This document shows positions 10,838 through 19,872 of a stretch of DNA of 64,000 nucleotides, one piece after another. Position numbers and translations under genes: made by a program. The stretch lies in the IMG/VR virus record IMGVR_UViG_3300028833_000099. The stretch is one strand, 5' to 3'. Under the pieces are notes generated by a model that saw only the letters and a list, made by a program, of their open reading frames with translations, was not told the DNA's origin and did no database searches. Position 1 is the stretch's first letter. Each line of letters opens with the position of its first letter. This stretch comes from a virus (lineage: Duplodnaviria; Heunggongvirae; Uroviricota; Caudoviricetes).

Positions 10838-10890
10838 ATGCAAATATACGAAAAAAAATTGAACTAGCCAAATATTTAGTCAAATTTTAG
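10838..10890 (-). promoter_or_regulatory. promoter module (TTTG...TATATTTGCAT)
   Basis: Same motif family. The CCAAAT box (TTTG on minus) sits ~20 nt from the -7 box. Confidence 0.55.
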
Positions 10891-11466
10891 CTCTTTACGA
10901 TGAATAATAATATATCTTTCAATTTTTTTATCAAAATCAAGCCCACAAAATATGGATTTTAAAACATCGGTTTTATTGTATGACCTTAACAAAAAATGTT
11001 TTGCGGTTTTGAGCGCATGTTTTAACGCAACTTCTTCAGAAGAAAAATATTTATTCTCATGGATGCCGTGTATTTCTGCTGTCAGTATAGTATATTTTTT
11101 ATTAGCCCAAGTTACCATATGTCTATCAAAACGGTCAAACAATCGATAATAGTATGCAAAGGAATCATCATCCTCAGAATAAGCAACATAGGTTTCTATT
11201 TTAATTCTAAAACGATAAAAAAGTAAATCCTTGAGTTTTAGAATTTTAAGTCTAACTGCCGATGGTAAATTAAAGAAATGTTGTACATATGTGCTAAATG
11301 GTAATGTTTTAGGCTTATAATGATTTCTTATTGGCTCGTATATTATTGCCCCACCACTACTCGGTAGAGGAATCATTGGATAGTAGCATCCGCTCTTAAA
11401 ATTATCAATATTGCATACGCACATACAAGGTCTTGTCCTTAATACTGTTTCTTTAACTTCTTTCAT
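10876..11466 (-). CDS. hypothetical protein
   Basis: 196-aa ORF. Confidence 0.45.
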   Translation of the reverse strand: MKEVKETVLRTRPCMCVCNIDNFKSGCYYPMIPLPSSGGAIIYEPIRNHYKPKTLPFSTYVQHFFNLPSAVRLKILKLKDLLFYRFRIKIETYVAYSEDDDSFAYYYRLFDRFDRHMVTWANKKYTILTAEIHGIHENKYFSSEEVALKHALKTAKHFLLRSYNKTDVLKSIFCGLDFDKKIERYIIIHRKELKFD

Positions 11467-11959
11467 TTTGTAAACGCTCCCTTACCTCATCTAATGCTTT
11501 TCCAAGAAGATTAGTACCTTTCCAGTTATTCTCGTCATCAATCATAGGGTTATTTTCCCCTAGACCAACGCCCCAAATTTTATCTATCGGACTAGCTTCA
11601 ACAAAGTGTTTTCCATTAAATTCGTCAGAAAGTATGTTACTTTTCAACTCTTCGTTTGATGAAAATTTAAGATAGCAAGCATCAACCATTACTTGATAAC
11701 GTTTTTCATTCCAAACATTATCATCATAATTTCTTACTTTGCGTCCAAGTGTTTTTGCAGTTTTGGGGTTTTTGCCCTCAAAGGCAATTTTCATGGCAAT
11801 TTCTTCATCACCAAACGTTTTAGCCTTTACAAACATAAAATACTGTTCTGAATTGTAGAAAGTATATTTTTTACCTTCATATTCAGCGTTAAAGGTACAA
11901 GGATACCAATTTGAAGGCCATTCGCCCCAGAAAAATATATGTTTATCAGTTATTCTCAT
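11453..11959 (-). CDS. NADAR-domain protein (YbiA-like, NAD/ADP-ribose metabolism)
   Basis: FFWGEW..SNW, YNSEQYFMFVKAK and KIWGVGL match conserved NADAR/DUF1768 blocks. Confidence 0.7.
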   Translation of the reverse strand: MRITDKHIFFWGEWPSNWYPCTFNAEYEGKKYTFYNSEQYFMFVKAKTFGDEEIAMKIAFEGKNPKTAKTLGRKVRNYDDNVWNEKRYQVMVDACYLKFSSNEELKSNILSDEFNGKHFVEASPIDKIWGVGLGENNPMIDDENNWKGTNLLGKALDEVRERLQNERS

Positions 11960-11961
11960 AG

Positions 11962-12351
11962 TTATTCTGTTAAATTATCTATTAACATTTTATTACGCCT
12001 ATTAAAAGTGTAACTTTGCTCTCTCAGTTTAAGCATAAAAACTAAAAGTTCAGTGGGTTTCATTTTTTCAATAGCCCCACTCTCTTTTAGCAAAAAAAAA
12101 TTGTCTTCAAAGGGCAGAAATCCTTTGATTCCAGCATCACAATACATATGGGTTGAAATTATTACTCCGTTTTCAGTAACTTTGAAATTTTCAAAACTAC
12201 CCCACTTGACTATTTTGTTATTAGATGTTATTTTAAAAAAATCCCCATCTTTAAACGATTTCAGTATTTTTATTTTTTTTGCGTGTAATATTTCATACTG
12301 TTTTATTAATTCTTCTTCAGTCATAGTAATTGGTTTTTTATAAATTAGCAC
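11962..12351 (-). CDS. hypothetical protein
   Basis: 129-aa ORF. Confidence 0.4.
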   Translation of the reverse strand: MLIYKKPITMTEEELIKQYEILHAKKIKILKSFKDGDFFKITSNNKIVKWGSFENFKVTENGVIISTHMYCDAGIKGFLPFEDNFFLLKESGAIEKMKPTELLVFMLKLREQSYTFNRRNKMLIDNLTE

Positions 12352-12483
12352 CGTGATTAATTGGAATACCTTTCAACCTATAATACTCAAGCATAATTTT
12401 ATGATATGCTTTACATTCTTTAGGAACTTTGCTGTATAAGTCTTCTAATTCTTTATCAGATAAAATGATTAAATTTCTCATAT

Positions 12484-12540
12484 ATTCGTTTTGGCAAATA
12501 TATAAAAAAAACGTGGAATAGCAAAATATCCCACGTTAAT
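12484..12540 (-). promoter_or_regulatory. terminator hairpin + promoter module
   Basis: Hairpin AACGTGGGATATTTTGCTATTCCACGTT, T-run, then TATATATTTGCC. Confidence 0.6.
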
Positions 12541-12552
12541 CTATGTTAATGT

Positions 12553-13776
12553 TTATCCTATCTGCTTTTGGATATAAACGCATTTCTCTGGATTTCCAAG
12601 CGTCTTACCCTTGTCGTTTGACAACTTGATGCAATCAAGCCATTTTCTGTTTTCGGTGATTCTCATTCCAACAAGTTTGATGACTATATTGGAATAAGGG
12701 AACTTTTCATTTGTTTCACGGTTGGTAACGTCAGCCATAAGATGCGTTCCTATACCATAAGAATCCTTCATGCGCCCATCAAGCCACTTATGCAAATCAA
12801 TAGCTTTATCTATTGTAAGGGCATTGGAATATACTATTGACTTGGTTCTAGGGTCAATACCAAGAGAGTTATATTTCTCAATCATCTTCTCAGTCTCTTC
12901 CCTTTCGTCACCGCTGTCAATTCGGATTCCGTCAAACATCTTAGCCATGTCTTTAGAGAAATTGGAAAGAAATATATTACTTCCAAAGCAATCTGGAAGG
13001 AAAATGCCAAGGTCTCCTGAATACACATCTGACCATTTTTTCATTAGCTGATGATTACACTCAAACACACCACTTACGCACTCTTCGAAAGAGCAAAGTT
13101 GATGACTCATAGTTCCAATAGGAGTGAGGTCAAACTCTTTTGCAAGCCATACATTAGATGTTCCAACGAATTTACCAGTGCATTTTTCGTTTAAAACGCA
13201 CAAAGACTCCGCATCTTTAAGTGCTTTAACCACATCATAGTGGTTCTGGAAATCAAAACGCCTTCTAGTTCCCATGTCACTCAATAGAAGTCCATTGCTA
13301 AATGCTTTAACACCTTTTTCAACAGCCTTTTCATATTCATATGTTCTATCTACTTTTTCAATGTCACTATTGATGATATGCATGAGTTCAGATATTGTTG
13401 AAAGAATAGGCATTTCCCACATAATTGTAGAATACCATTTGCCTTCAATCATGATGGACAGATACCCATCAAGGTCTTGGAAAATATGTACCTCTGAGGG
13501 ATTAAATCTAAAACCACGTAGAAAGTTGTAATACCATTCAGGGAGGAAGTAAATACGATTCTTCATAAATTCTATTTCATCCTCTGTAATCACAACATCT
13601 TTCATGCCATTTATCTGTTCTTGCAACAGTTCACTAAAACCTTTTGGATAACGTGTGTGATTGCGGTCAAAAAATGAATACCGCACCTCTGCACGAGGAT
13701 ATGTGTGAAGAATGTAATACTGGCAAGTAAAAGTATACATATCTTGGTCGGTGAATTTAGTTACGATTTGCTTCAT
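12553..13776 (-). CDS. pncB: nicotinate phosphoribosyltransferase (PncB-like)
   Basis: 407 aa. N-terminal FTDQDMYTF and FRFNPSEV...WEMPILSTISELMH blocks are collinear with the E. coli PncB N-terminal region (from memory). Confidence 0.8.
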   Translation of the reverse strand: MKQIVTKFTDQDMYTFTCQYYILHTYPRAEVRYSFFDRNHTRYPKGFSELLQEQINGMKDVVITEDEIEFMKNRIYFLPEWYYNFLRGFRFNPSEVHIFQDLDGYLSIMIEGKWYSTIMWEMPILSTISELMHIINSDIEKVDRTYEYEKAVEKGVKAFSNGLLLSDMGTRRRFDFQNHYDVVKALKDAESLCVLNEKCTGKFVGTSNVWLAKEFDLTPIGTMSHQLCSFEECVSGVFECNHQLMKKWSDVYSGDLGIFLPDCFGSNIFLSNFSKDMAKMFDGIRIDSGDEREETEKMIEKYNSLGIDPRTKSIVYSNALTIDKAIDLHKWLDGRMKDSYGIGTHLMADVTNRETNEKFPYSNIVIKLVGMRITENRKWLDCIKLSNDKGKTLGNPEKCVYIQKQIG

Positions 13777-13856
13777 ATATTTTTTCTTTTAAAATTTTTA
13801 AATTTGTAATCATATTTTCTTTTTTAATATTGGAGAAATACAATAATTTTATTTTT

Positions 13857-14291
13857 TTATTTTATTTTTTTTAATATTATATTATTTGTTTCGTTTTTCC
13901 TAAGAGGAAATTGTTTTACTAGTTTCAACCCTTCTTGAGCTATGACCACACCATGTTTAAACCTATCTTGAATGTAGCAGAGTATAGATTTGTCTCGTTC
14001 ATGTTCAGCAATTTTTATTATCTTGAAAAGTTGTTTATCACCTTCTTGTCTTCTTTTTTCTGTTTTTTTGAAACTACCAGGAGAATAATATGGGAAATCG
14101 CTGCTATTCGTAAAATAACGGAATGCTTCAATATATCTAGGATAAACATCCCCCCAATCTCTAACACGAACAATATCACCAATCCTAAAAGGCAAACAAT
14201 CTCTACCCCCACTAGCTTTGTAGTAAATAAACACTTCTTTAGCTCTAGGGTTTGAACGTTTCACTGATTGTATCTGTGTTAATTGGCTCAT
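13857..14291 (-). CDS. hypothetical protein (tandem paralog A)
   Basis: Shares MSQLTQIQ, RIGDIVRVRDWG, EGDKQLFKIIKIAEHE and GVVIAQEGLKLVKQFPLRKNET with the neighbouring ORF. Confidence 0.5.
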   Translation of the reverse strand: MSQLTQIQSVKRSNPRAKEVFIYYKASGGRDCLPFRIGDIVRVRDWGDVYPRYIEAFRYFTNSSDFPYYSPGSFKKTEKRRQEGDKQLFKIIKIAEHERDKSILCYIQDRFKHGVVIAQEGLKLVKQFPLRKNETNNIILKKIK

Positions 14292-14821
14292 AGCCCTGTT
14301 TCATTTATTTTTTTTAATACTATGTTAATTGTTTCATTTTTCCTAAGAGGAAACTGCTTTACTAGTTTTAACCCTTCTGGAGCTATGACCACGCCACGTT
14401 TAAGCCTATCTTGAATATAGCAAACTATATCTCCACTCATAAGCTCATGCTCTGCAATATTTATTATCTTGAAAAGTTGTTTATCACCTTCTTGTTCTCT
14501 TTTATAAAAAGAATAATATGGGGTTTCCCTACTTCCTGTTAGAAAAACGAATGCTTTTGTGTAAGAAGAGTAACAGTAACCCCAATCTGTAACACGAACA
14601 ATATCGCCAACTCTAAATGGAAAATATTTTGTTCTTCCATAAGAGGTTTGATACATAAAAACTTGTTCAATATTCGAGTCTAGGTGACGTTGTTGCGCTT
14701 GTATCTGTGTTAATTGGCTCATAGTCTCTTTCCTCTGTTTCTTCAACGTTACCGTATGGGTAACTCCTAGAGTTATTATAATATGGGTTATACCTATCAG
14801 TTTGGTTTTTTGATAGTTCAC
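14288..14821 (-). CDS. hypothetical protein (tandem paralog B)
   Basis: Paralog of 13857..14291 with an N-terminal extension. Confidence 0.5.
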   Translation of the reverse strand: MNYQKTKLIGITHIIITLGVTHTVTLKKQRKETMSQLTQIQAQQRHLDSNIEQVFMYQTSYGRTKYFPFRVGDIVRVTDWGYCYSSYTKAFVFLTGSRETPYYSFYKREQEGDKQLFKIINIAEHELMSGDIVCYIQDRLKRGVVIAPEGLKLVKQFPLRKNETINIVLKKINETGL

Positions 14822-14908
14822 CCATAAAATAGCATCCCTCTACGCAGCCACCCATTAGGCATAACAAAAGCAATGTTCTGATAATACCTCTAAATAAATC
14901 TCTAGCCA

Positions 14909-15820
14909 TCACTCTACCTTAATGTTTTCGATATTTTCGTGATACCATGTATTAAACTCTTCAAACTCTTCGTCTGAAAACTCCTTACGCACGGTATCGT
15001 ACTCAATATAATCGCAATATTTGACTTTTACGATGATTCTTTTACCGCTTCCATCGCAAAGTGGAATCACTGGACGAGCAACAATACCCTCCTCAATCAT
15101 AGTTGGGTCAGCAGCACCCTCAAACTGAGTTGTGAAACCACCCCTAACCTTATCTTCGATTTCCTTGAGTGTCATTATACCCAAGAAAGGAACAGTGCCT
15201 AGTCCAAGACCCTTACACAATGAGTCTCTTACATCCTTTGGTGTCCACCAACCTTGCTGTCTGATGTCAAACACACGGAATGCATTACCATTCTTAATGT
15301 AACGAGAACCGCACTTCTGAATACCAGTACCAAAATACTCTCCGTAGATATAAACTGGAACCTCTTCAAGTTCCACGCTGTAGAAACCTTTTGAGGGTGG
15401 CGTATCAATGATTGCATCTTTTCCAAGCTCTAGAGTATAGTACTGCACCTTGTTTGTCTCCTTATTTTTTACTGGAGTAAATCTAGCACTCTCTTTAGGG
15501 AACATTGCGCAAAGTTGTGGCTTGATACGCTCACCAATCTCTTGCAGCATTTCGAACTGCCCATGCTGAGAGCTTGATTTCTCGTTTTTACCTTCAATGC
15601 GAATCTCTTGGGTAGATGGGAAAAACGCAATTTTGCTACAAGTTCCATCAATCTTGCTATATGCCTCCCAAGTACAATTGAAAAGGTAACTAGCCTCAAT
15701 GTTTGAAAACTCGCCCAAGATTATTTTATTCTTGAACTTAAGCCACTTCTTATTTGGGCATTTAGACCCATCAAAAATATACCTTTTATACAAGGTGTTT
15801 ATTTTAGTGTATGCTTCCAT
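14909..15820 (-). CDS. Rnl2-family ATP-dependent RNA ligase
   Basis: Nucleotidyltransferase motif I SKIDGT, motif YGEYFGTGIQK...FRVFDI and EGIVARP are collinear with T4 Rnl2 (from memory). Confidence 0.7.
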   Translation of the reverse strand: MEAYTKINTLYKRYIFDGSKCPNKKWLKFKNKIILGEFSNIEASYLFNCTWEAYSKIDGTCSKIAFFPSTQEIRIEGKNEKSSSQHGQFEMLQEIGERIKPQLCAMFPKESARFTPVKNKETNKVQYYTLELGKDAIIDTPPSKGFYSVELEEVPVYIYGEYFGTGIQKCGSRYIKNGNAFRVFDIRQQGWWTPKDVRDSLCKGLGLGTVPFLGIMTLKEIEDKVRGGFTTQFEGAADPTMIEEGIVARPVIPLCDGSGKRIIVKVKYCDYIEYDTVRKEFSDEEFEEFNTWYHENIENIKVE

Positions 15821-15837
15821 GCTTTATTATTTTTTAA

Positions 15838-16092
15838 TTATTCTGTTTCTTCTCTCCACAAATTATTTTCCATTTTGTCAGAATTGGAAAATTCTATAAT
15901 TTCGTCAATGTTATCACATTTAATTTTTTTCAGCATATCCAATTCAATTTCTCCATTATTGATGCCTTCAACAAGAGCCAACAATGTTCTATATGGGGTT
16001 AATAAATTTCTAAGATGTGCCCCTAAAGTTTCTGTTGCCATTTTTTTATTAATTAGTAGGACAATGTGGACTCGAACCACAGACCTCCCCAT
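15838..16092 (-). CDS. hypothetical protein
   Basis: 84-aa ORF. Its 5' end overlaps the tRNA-like element at 16059-16140, so the start is uncertain. Confidence 0.3.
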   Translation of the reverse strand: MGRSVVRVHIVLLINKKMATETLGAHLRNLLTPYRTLLALVEGINNGEIELDMLKKIKCDNIDEIIEFSNSDKMENNLWREETE

Positions 16093-16140
16093 ACTAGTGT
16101 TTCCACGTTCTGGTGTACTCTACCAACTGAGCTATCGTCC
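16059..16140 (-). tRNA. tRNA-like gene (82 nt, anticodon arm not resolved by eye)
   Basis: Canonical D-arm (GCTCAGTTGGTAGAG), T-arm (GTGGTTCGAGTCCAC) and a complementary acceptor stem. The central ~33 nt is too long for a type I tRNA. Confidence 0.45.
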
Positions 16141-16401
16141 TTAATGCAATCTTCATGCGGCTAGCGTTTCCTTCTTCCGCACTCATCTAAGTAATTGCTT
16201 GATAACTGACTGTTTTACAATCTCGGTCAAACTAACTCCATTGCAAGCATCAATCTGTTCCGAAGTCGAGACTGTTATATCTTAGCAATGTCGTGTGGCA
16301 GGACTGCCCTCACCACGTCTTTCAGTTACCGTTTTGAAGCTTCATGGTGCAAATGTACGAAATTAAATTGATATATCCAAATTTTTTTATCTTAAAAAAC
16401 G

Positions 16402-17106
16402 TTAATTTTTATAGATTTTTATTGTTACTCCTGCACAATATACCAACAATAACCCTAACATTGTTATCAATACAGAACATCCCCACATATAGTATATAAG
16501 GCAGAACATTAAAACAAGCCCAACTACAGTAGAACCTATTCCGAATAGGAATTGATAATACAATAACGAGTGCTTTATTGGATAAGATTTCTTACTCAAG
16601 TAATCTTCAGCATAGAAGCTTAAAAAATTAGTTATACTACTTCTATAATTTAATTTTTCCCATTTTTTAACATCATAATTGTTTATATAAGTCATTCTGC
16701 AAAGTATTTTAAGCCTTTTTATCAAATCAGAATCATTTCTCATATTATACAATGTGATGCCTTTCAAATAAATAGGAGAGTTGCCTCTTAGCGCACTTCT
16801 TTTTTGTCCTGGAGGAACGTCTTTTATCGAATATCTCATGCGGAATAGACCAAAAACTTTTTTGTTTTTTAACGCCCTACAAAAATCTTGCACTAGTTGG
16901 TGATTTTTACTAATCCCACAGAATTCAGAATCAATATCAGCATATGGGTCTTTTTTTATTTGTTCTTCCACCTTTTTAGCTTTTTTTAGTTTTCTTTTTA
17001 TTCTAAGTTGTCTTAGTTTCTTGCTTTTTCTCATCCTTTTTGAAGACTTCTTTAAATGGACTAATAATGTTTTTCCAACTAAAGATTCTGTTAAGGATTC
17101 CTTCAT
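16402..17106 (-). CDS. membrane protein with lysine-rich N-terminus
   Basis: K/R-rich N-terminus and C-terminal transmembrane helices. Confidence 0.45.
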   Translation of the reverse strand: MKESLTESLVGKTLLVHLKKSSKRMRKSKKLRQLRIKRKLKKAKKVEEQIKKDPYADIDSEFCGISKNHQLVQDFCRALKNKKVFGLFRMRYSIKDVPPGQKRSALRGNSPIYLKGITLYNMRNDSDLIKRLKILCRMTYINNYDVKKWEKLNYRSSITNFLSFYAEDYLSKKSYPIKHSLLYYQFLFGIGSTVVGLVLMFCLIYYMWGCSVLITMLGLLLVYCAGVTIKIYKN

Positions 17107-17266
17107 CTTCTAAATCCATAACAAGACTTTCCAAAATGCCTAATTTCTCTTTATATATTGCTGTTTCCTTTGAAACATCAACTAGAGTTTGTTCCAATGA
17201 CTTAACTTTGCTTTTCAAGTCATTATACTCTTTCATTGGTATCTCTATCCTTGCCATATTACCCAA
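17003..17266 (-). CDS. small coiled-coil protein
   Basis: 87 aa with a heptad-like pattern. It overlaps the neighbouring ORF, so it is doubtful. Confidence 0.3.
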   Translation of the reverse strand: MGNMARIEIPMKEYNDLKSKVKSLEQTLVDVSKETAIYKEKLGILESLVMDLEDEGILNRIFSWKNIISPFKEVFKKDEKKQETKTT

Positions 17267-17834
17267 TATTGACTCTTTCTGAATTATTGATAAAGTTTAT
17301 AACTTTTTCCTCCCCATCTTTTGTTATTGCTGGGCAAAAATCAATAAGAACGTGGAAATTAACATTTGGAAATGCCCTTAAACCATCTTTCAATGAATCA
17401 AAAAGACACACGTCTAAAGCAATGCCAGCCAAATCAATATCAGTTACTTTCATCATTTCACAAATATTACTAAGTAATGCATTAGACTTTTCATTCTTAA
17501 ACACTGAATATTCCTCGTGGTCTTCATCGACCCCTTTAGTCAAGACAATATAGTCACTATTAATAGCGTTCAAAGCATCAATAATTGGCTGATAGATTGC
17601 TGCATCATGCGTATGTTGTACGCAATGTTCAGGCCATACCCCACCGTTTGCCTTGAATGAACAATGTGTATGCGGATGCCAATCTGCTGTTAGAAATATC
17701 TTATCATATGCTGGACCGTTTTCACGTATAAATTCAGCAAGACGATTCATTTTATGGGTTGCACCTTCCACTGGAAGATTACCGCCCTCTAGAAAACCAT
17801 ATTGACAATCTATTAAAATCAAAATTTTATTCAT
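17259..17834 (-). CDS. pncA: nicotinamidase/pyrazinamidase (PncA, isochorismatase family)
   Basis: ILIDCQYGF, TADWHPHTHCSF and GIALDVCL correspond to the catalytic Asp/Lys/Cys blocks of PncA. Confidence 0.8.
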   Translation of the reverse strand: MNKILILIDCQYGFLEGGNLPVEGATHKMNRLAEFIRENGPAYDKIFLTADWHPHTHCSFKANGGVWPEHCVQHTHDAAIYQPIIDALNAINSDYIVLTKGVDEDHEEYSVFKNEKSNALLSNICEMMKVTDIDLAGIALDVCLFDSLKDGLRAFPNVNFHVLIDFCPAITKDGEEKVINFINNSERVNIG

Positions 17835-17846
17835 AATTTATTCTGT

Positions 17847-18362
17847 TTAATTATTATTATTTTCACATGCGACAGCAGCAGTGGTAAGATTTCCAACAAT
17901 TTCTGCTATAGCATCATTTTTAATCTCTGCTTCTTTCTCAGCCTCTTTTGGTTTTTTGACCTCTCTTGACTTTGATGTTTTTTTGGTCTCTTTTGGTTTT
18001 TTGACCTCTCTTGACTTTGGTGCTTTTTTAACTTTAATTGTTTTTGATGTAGTCTTTTTTTGCGTTTCTTGAGTGTTTACAACATCATCAGTAGGCATTT
18101 CCACTGTTTCATTTAATGCCTCTGTATCAATAGTTTTTTCTTCATTATTGATGGTTGTTTTCTTTTCATTTGCTAACTCCTCAAGTTCTTTCATGAATTT
18201 CTCTTTTTCTTGTTTCACCTTATACTCGGTAATATCATATGTAACACAAGAATTATGATATTTTTTTGCAAATAGGGTCATACAAGAATCAGTTTCTGTC
18301 TTAAGACCCTTGCAAGGACAGTTTTTACATAGTGTACCCATAGTTTTTCTTTTTTTATGCAA
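17847..18362 (-). CDS. Cys4 zinc-finger and lysine-rich repeat protein
   Basis: N-terminal CKNCPCK...C, then tandem KKPKE(T/A)KKTSKSREV repeats encoded by DNA direct repeats at ~17930-18060. Confidence 0.5.
   Translation of the reverse strand: MHKKRKTMGTLCKNCPCKGLKTETDSCMTLFAKKYHNSCVTYDITEYKVKQEKEKFMKELEELANEKKTTINNEEKTIDTEALNETVEMPTDDVVNTQETQKKTTSKTIKVKKAPKSREVKKPKETKKTSKSREVKKPKEAEKEAEIKNDAIAEIVGNLTTAAVACENNNN
17930..18060. repeat. tandem direct DNA repeats inside ORF 17847..18362
   Basis: GACCTCTCTTGACTTTG(A/G)TG(T/C)TTTTTT(GG/AA) repeated. They encode the KKPKE.KKTSKSREV repeats. Confidence 0.5.
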
Positions 18363-18464
18363 ATATACTAAAAATAATTTAAATATAAAAATATTATATT
18401 ATATATTATATTTTATTAATATTATTTAATATATTATATTATTATAATTAAAGAACCTAATGGG

Positions 18465-19871
18465 TCATACCGTTAGGCTCTTTAATTTATTTTCAACAAT
18501 CTCAAATGCTTCATCTTTAGTCATATTAGGATTTTCAAAATATGCTTCTTTAACAGCCTCTAAAAGTATTCCAATATTTGGTCCACTTTTTAAATGAAAT
18601 TCCTTCAAAATATCGTCTCCAGAGATAGGAAGTTTAACATTTGCTGCTTTTTCAGCATCTTCCATTTCCTCTATTCTATTGAGAATATCAAGAACTTGCC
18701 GTTTTTTCTTACCAAAGGTGCAATAAAGATTATTGGCGTTCATTAGGTCAGCAGTTGCCCCCAAATCATCACCAGTTAAGTTGATAAATTTTCTAATCTT
18801 CTTATCTGGCGGTAATACGCCATCGGCATAACTTGCAAAACCTCTATGATGCTTAATGGCGGTTTCAACAGATTTGATGATATAATTAGGGTATTTCATG
18901 TCCTTCAAGTCGCTTGCAGCAATTTCTGCACTAAACTTATCTGGCATCACATCCCTACGTTTCTCTGTTATAATTCTACCAACATCATGGAACAAAGCAG
19001 CCAATCTGTTTTCTAAATAAGGCTGAACAGTATCTAGCACGTTCATCGTATGGTCAAATGTGCTAACCATAGGATTCCTTGACTCATAGGCGTAGGTTGT
19101 ATCATAAATATCGGGCATTACTCTATGCAAAATGCCACAGAAATACATTTTCCGAATACCGATGCTTGGTTTTTCACAAAGTAGAATCTTGGATATTTCG
19201 TCACTAATTCTTTCTTGCGATATAATTTTAATGCGGTGTGCATTTTTAATCATCCCTAACCAAGTGTTTTTTTCAATATCCCAACCGAATCTAGTTGAAA
19301 AACGAATTACACGTAAGATTCTCAATGGGTCATCATTGAACGTAACATCTGGGTCAGTTGGAGTCTTTATTACTTGATTTACCAAGTCATCTATAGAGCC
19401 GTTAAAATCATGTATTTTCTCTGTGCTGATGTTATAATACAGAGAATTGATAGTAAGGTCACGCCTTTTTGCATCCTCTTCAAGGCTTCCGAATACAGTT
19501 TCTGGGTTTCTGCTTTCCTTGTGGTACTGTTCCTTTCTAGTTTGGACGCATTCAATCTCTATATCTTTAAATTCATCGTTCTTGAACAATTGGAACTTCG
19601 CAGTTCCATAGTTTTCAAACACTACTGGATTAGTATTATGAATAAAACATTGGTGTTTTATTGCCATATATACAGCAAACAGCATTCCACCGTTTTTCAT
19701 TTCAACAACGATGTCAATGTCTTTAATGGGTAATCCTAACAATGCATCACGCACACAGCCACCAACCAAATATACTTTTCCTTCAAAATGAGTGTTTTTG
19801 ATTGACGCTTGTATGAGGTCAATTAGGTGTTTGATTCTATCATCAACTTTTTTAAATAATAGTTCGTTCAT
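18465..19871 (-). CDS. cca: tRNA nucleotidyltransferase (CCA-adding enzyme) with HD domain
   Basis: Pol-beta nucleotidyltransferase signature GGCVRDALLG...DIDIV plus an HD motif LFHDVGR. Confidence 0.85.
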   Translation of the reverse strand: MNELLFKKVDDRIKHLIDLIQASIKNTHFEGKVYLVGGCVRDALLGLPIKDIDIVVEMKNGGMLFAVYMAIKHQCFIHNTNPVVFENYGTAKFQLFKNDEFKDIEIECVQTRKEQYHKESRNPETVFGSLEEDAKRRDLTINSLYYNISTEKIHDFNGSIDDLVNQVIKTPTDPDVTFNDDPLRILRVIRFSTRFGWDIEKNTWLGMIKNAHRIKIISQERISDEISKILLCEKPSIGIRKMYFCGILHRVMPDIYDTTYAYESRNPMVSTFDHTMNVLDTVQPYLENRLAALFHDVGRIITEKRRDVMPDKFSAEIAASDLKDMKYPNYIIKSVETAIKHHRGFASYADGVLPPDKKIRKFINLTGDDLGATADLMNANNLYCTFGKKKRQVLDILNRIEEMEDAEKAANVKLPISGDDILKEFHLKSGPNIGILLEAVKEAYFENPNMTKDEAFEIVENKLKSLTV

Positions 19872-19872
19872 T

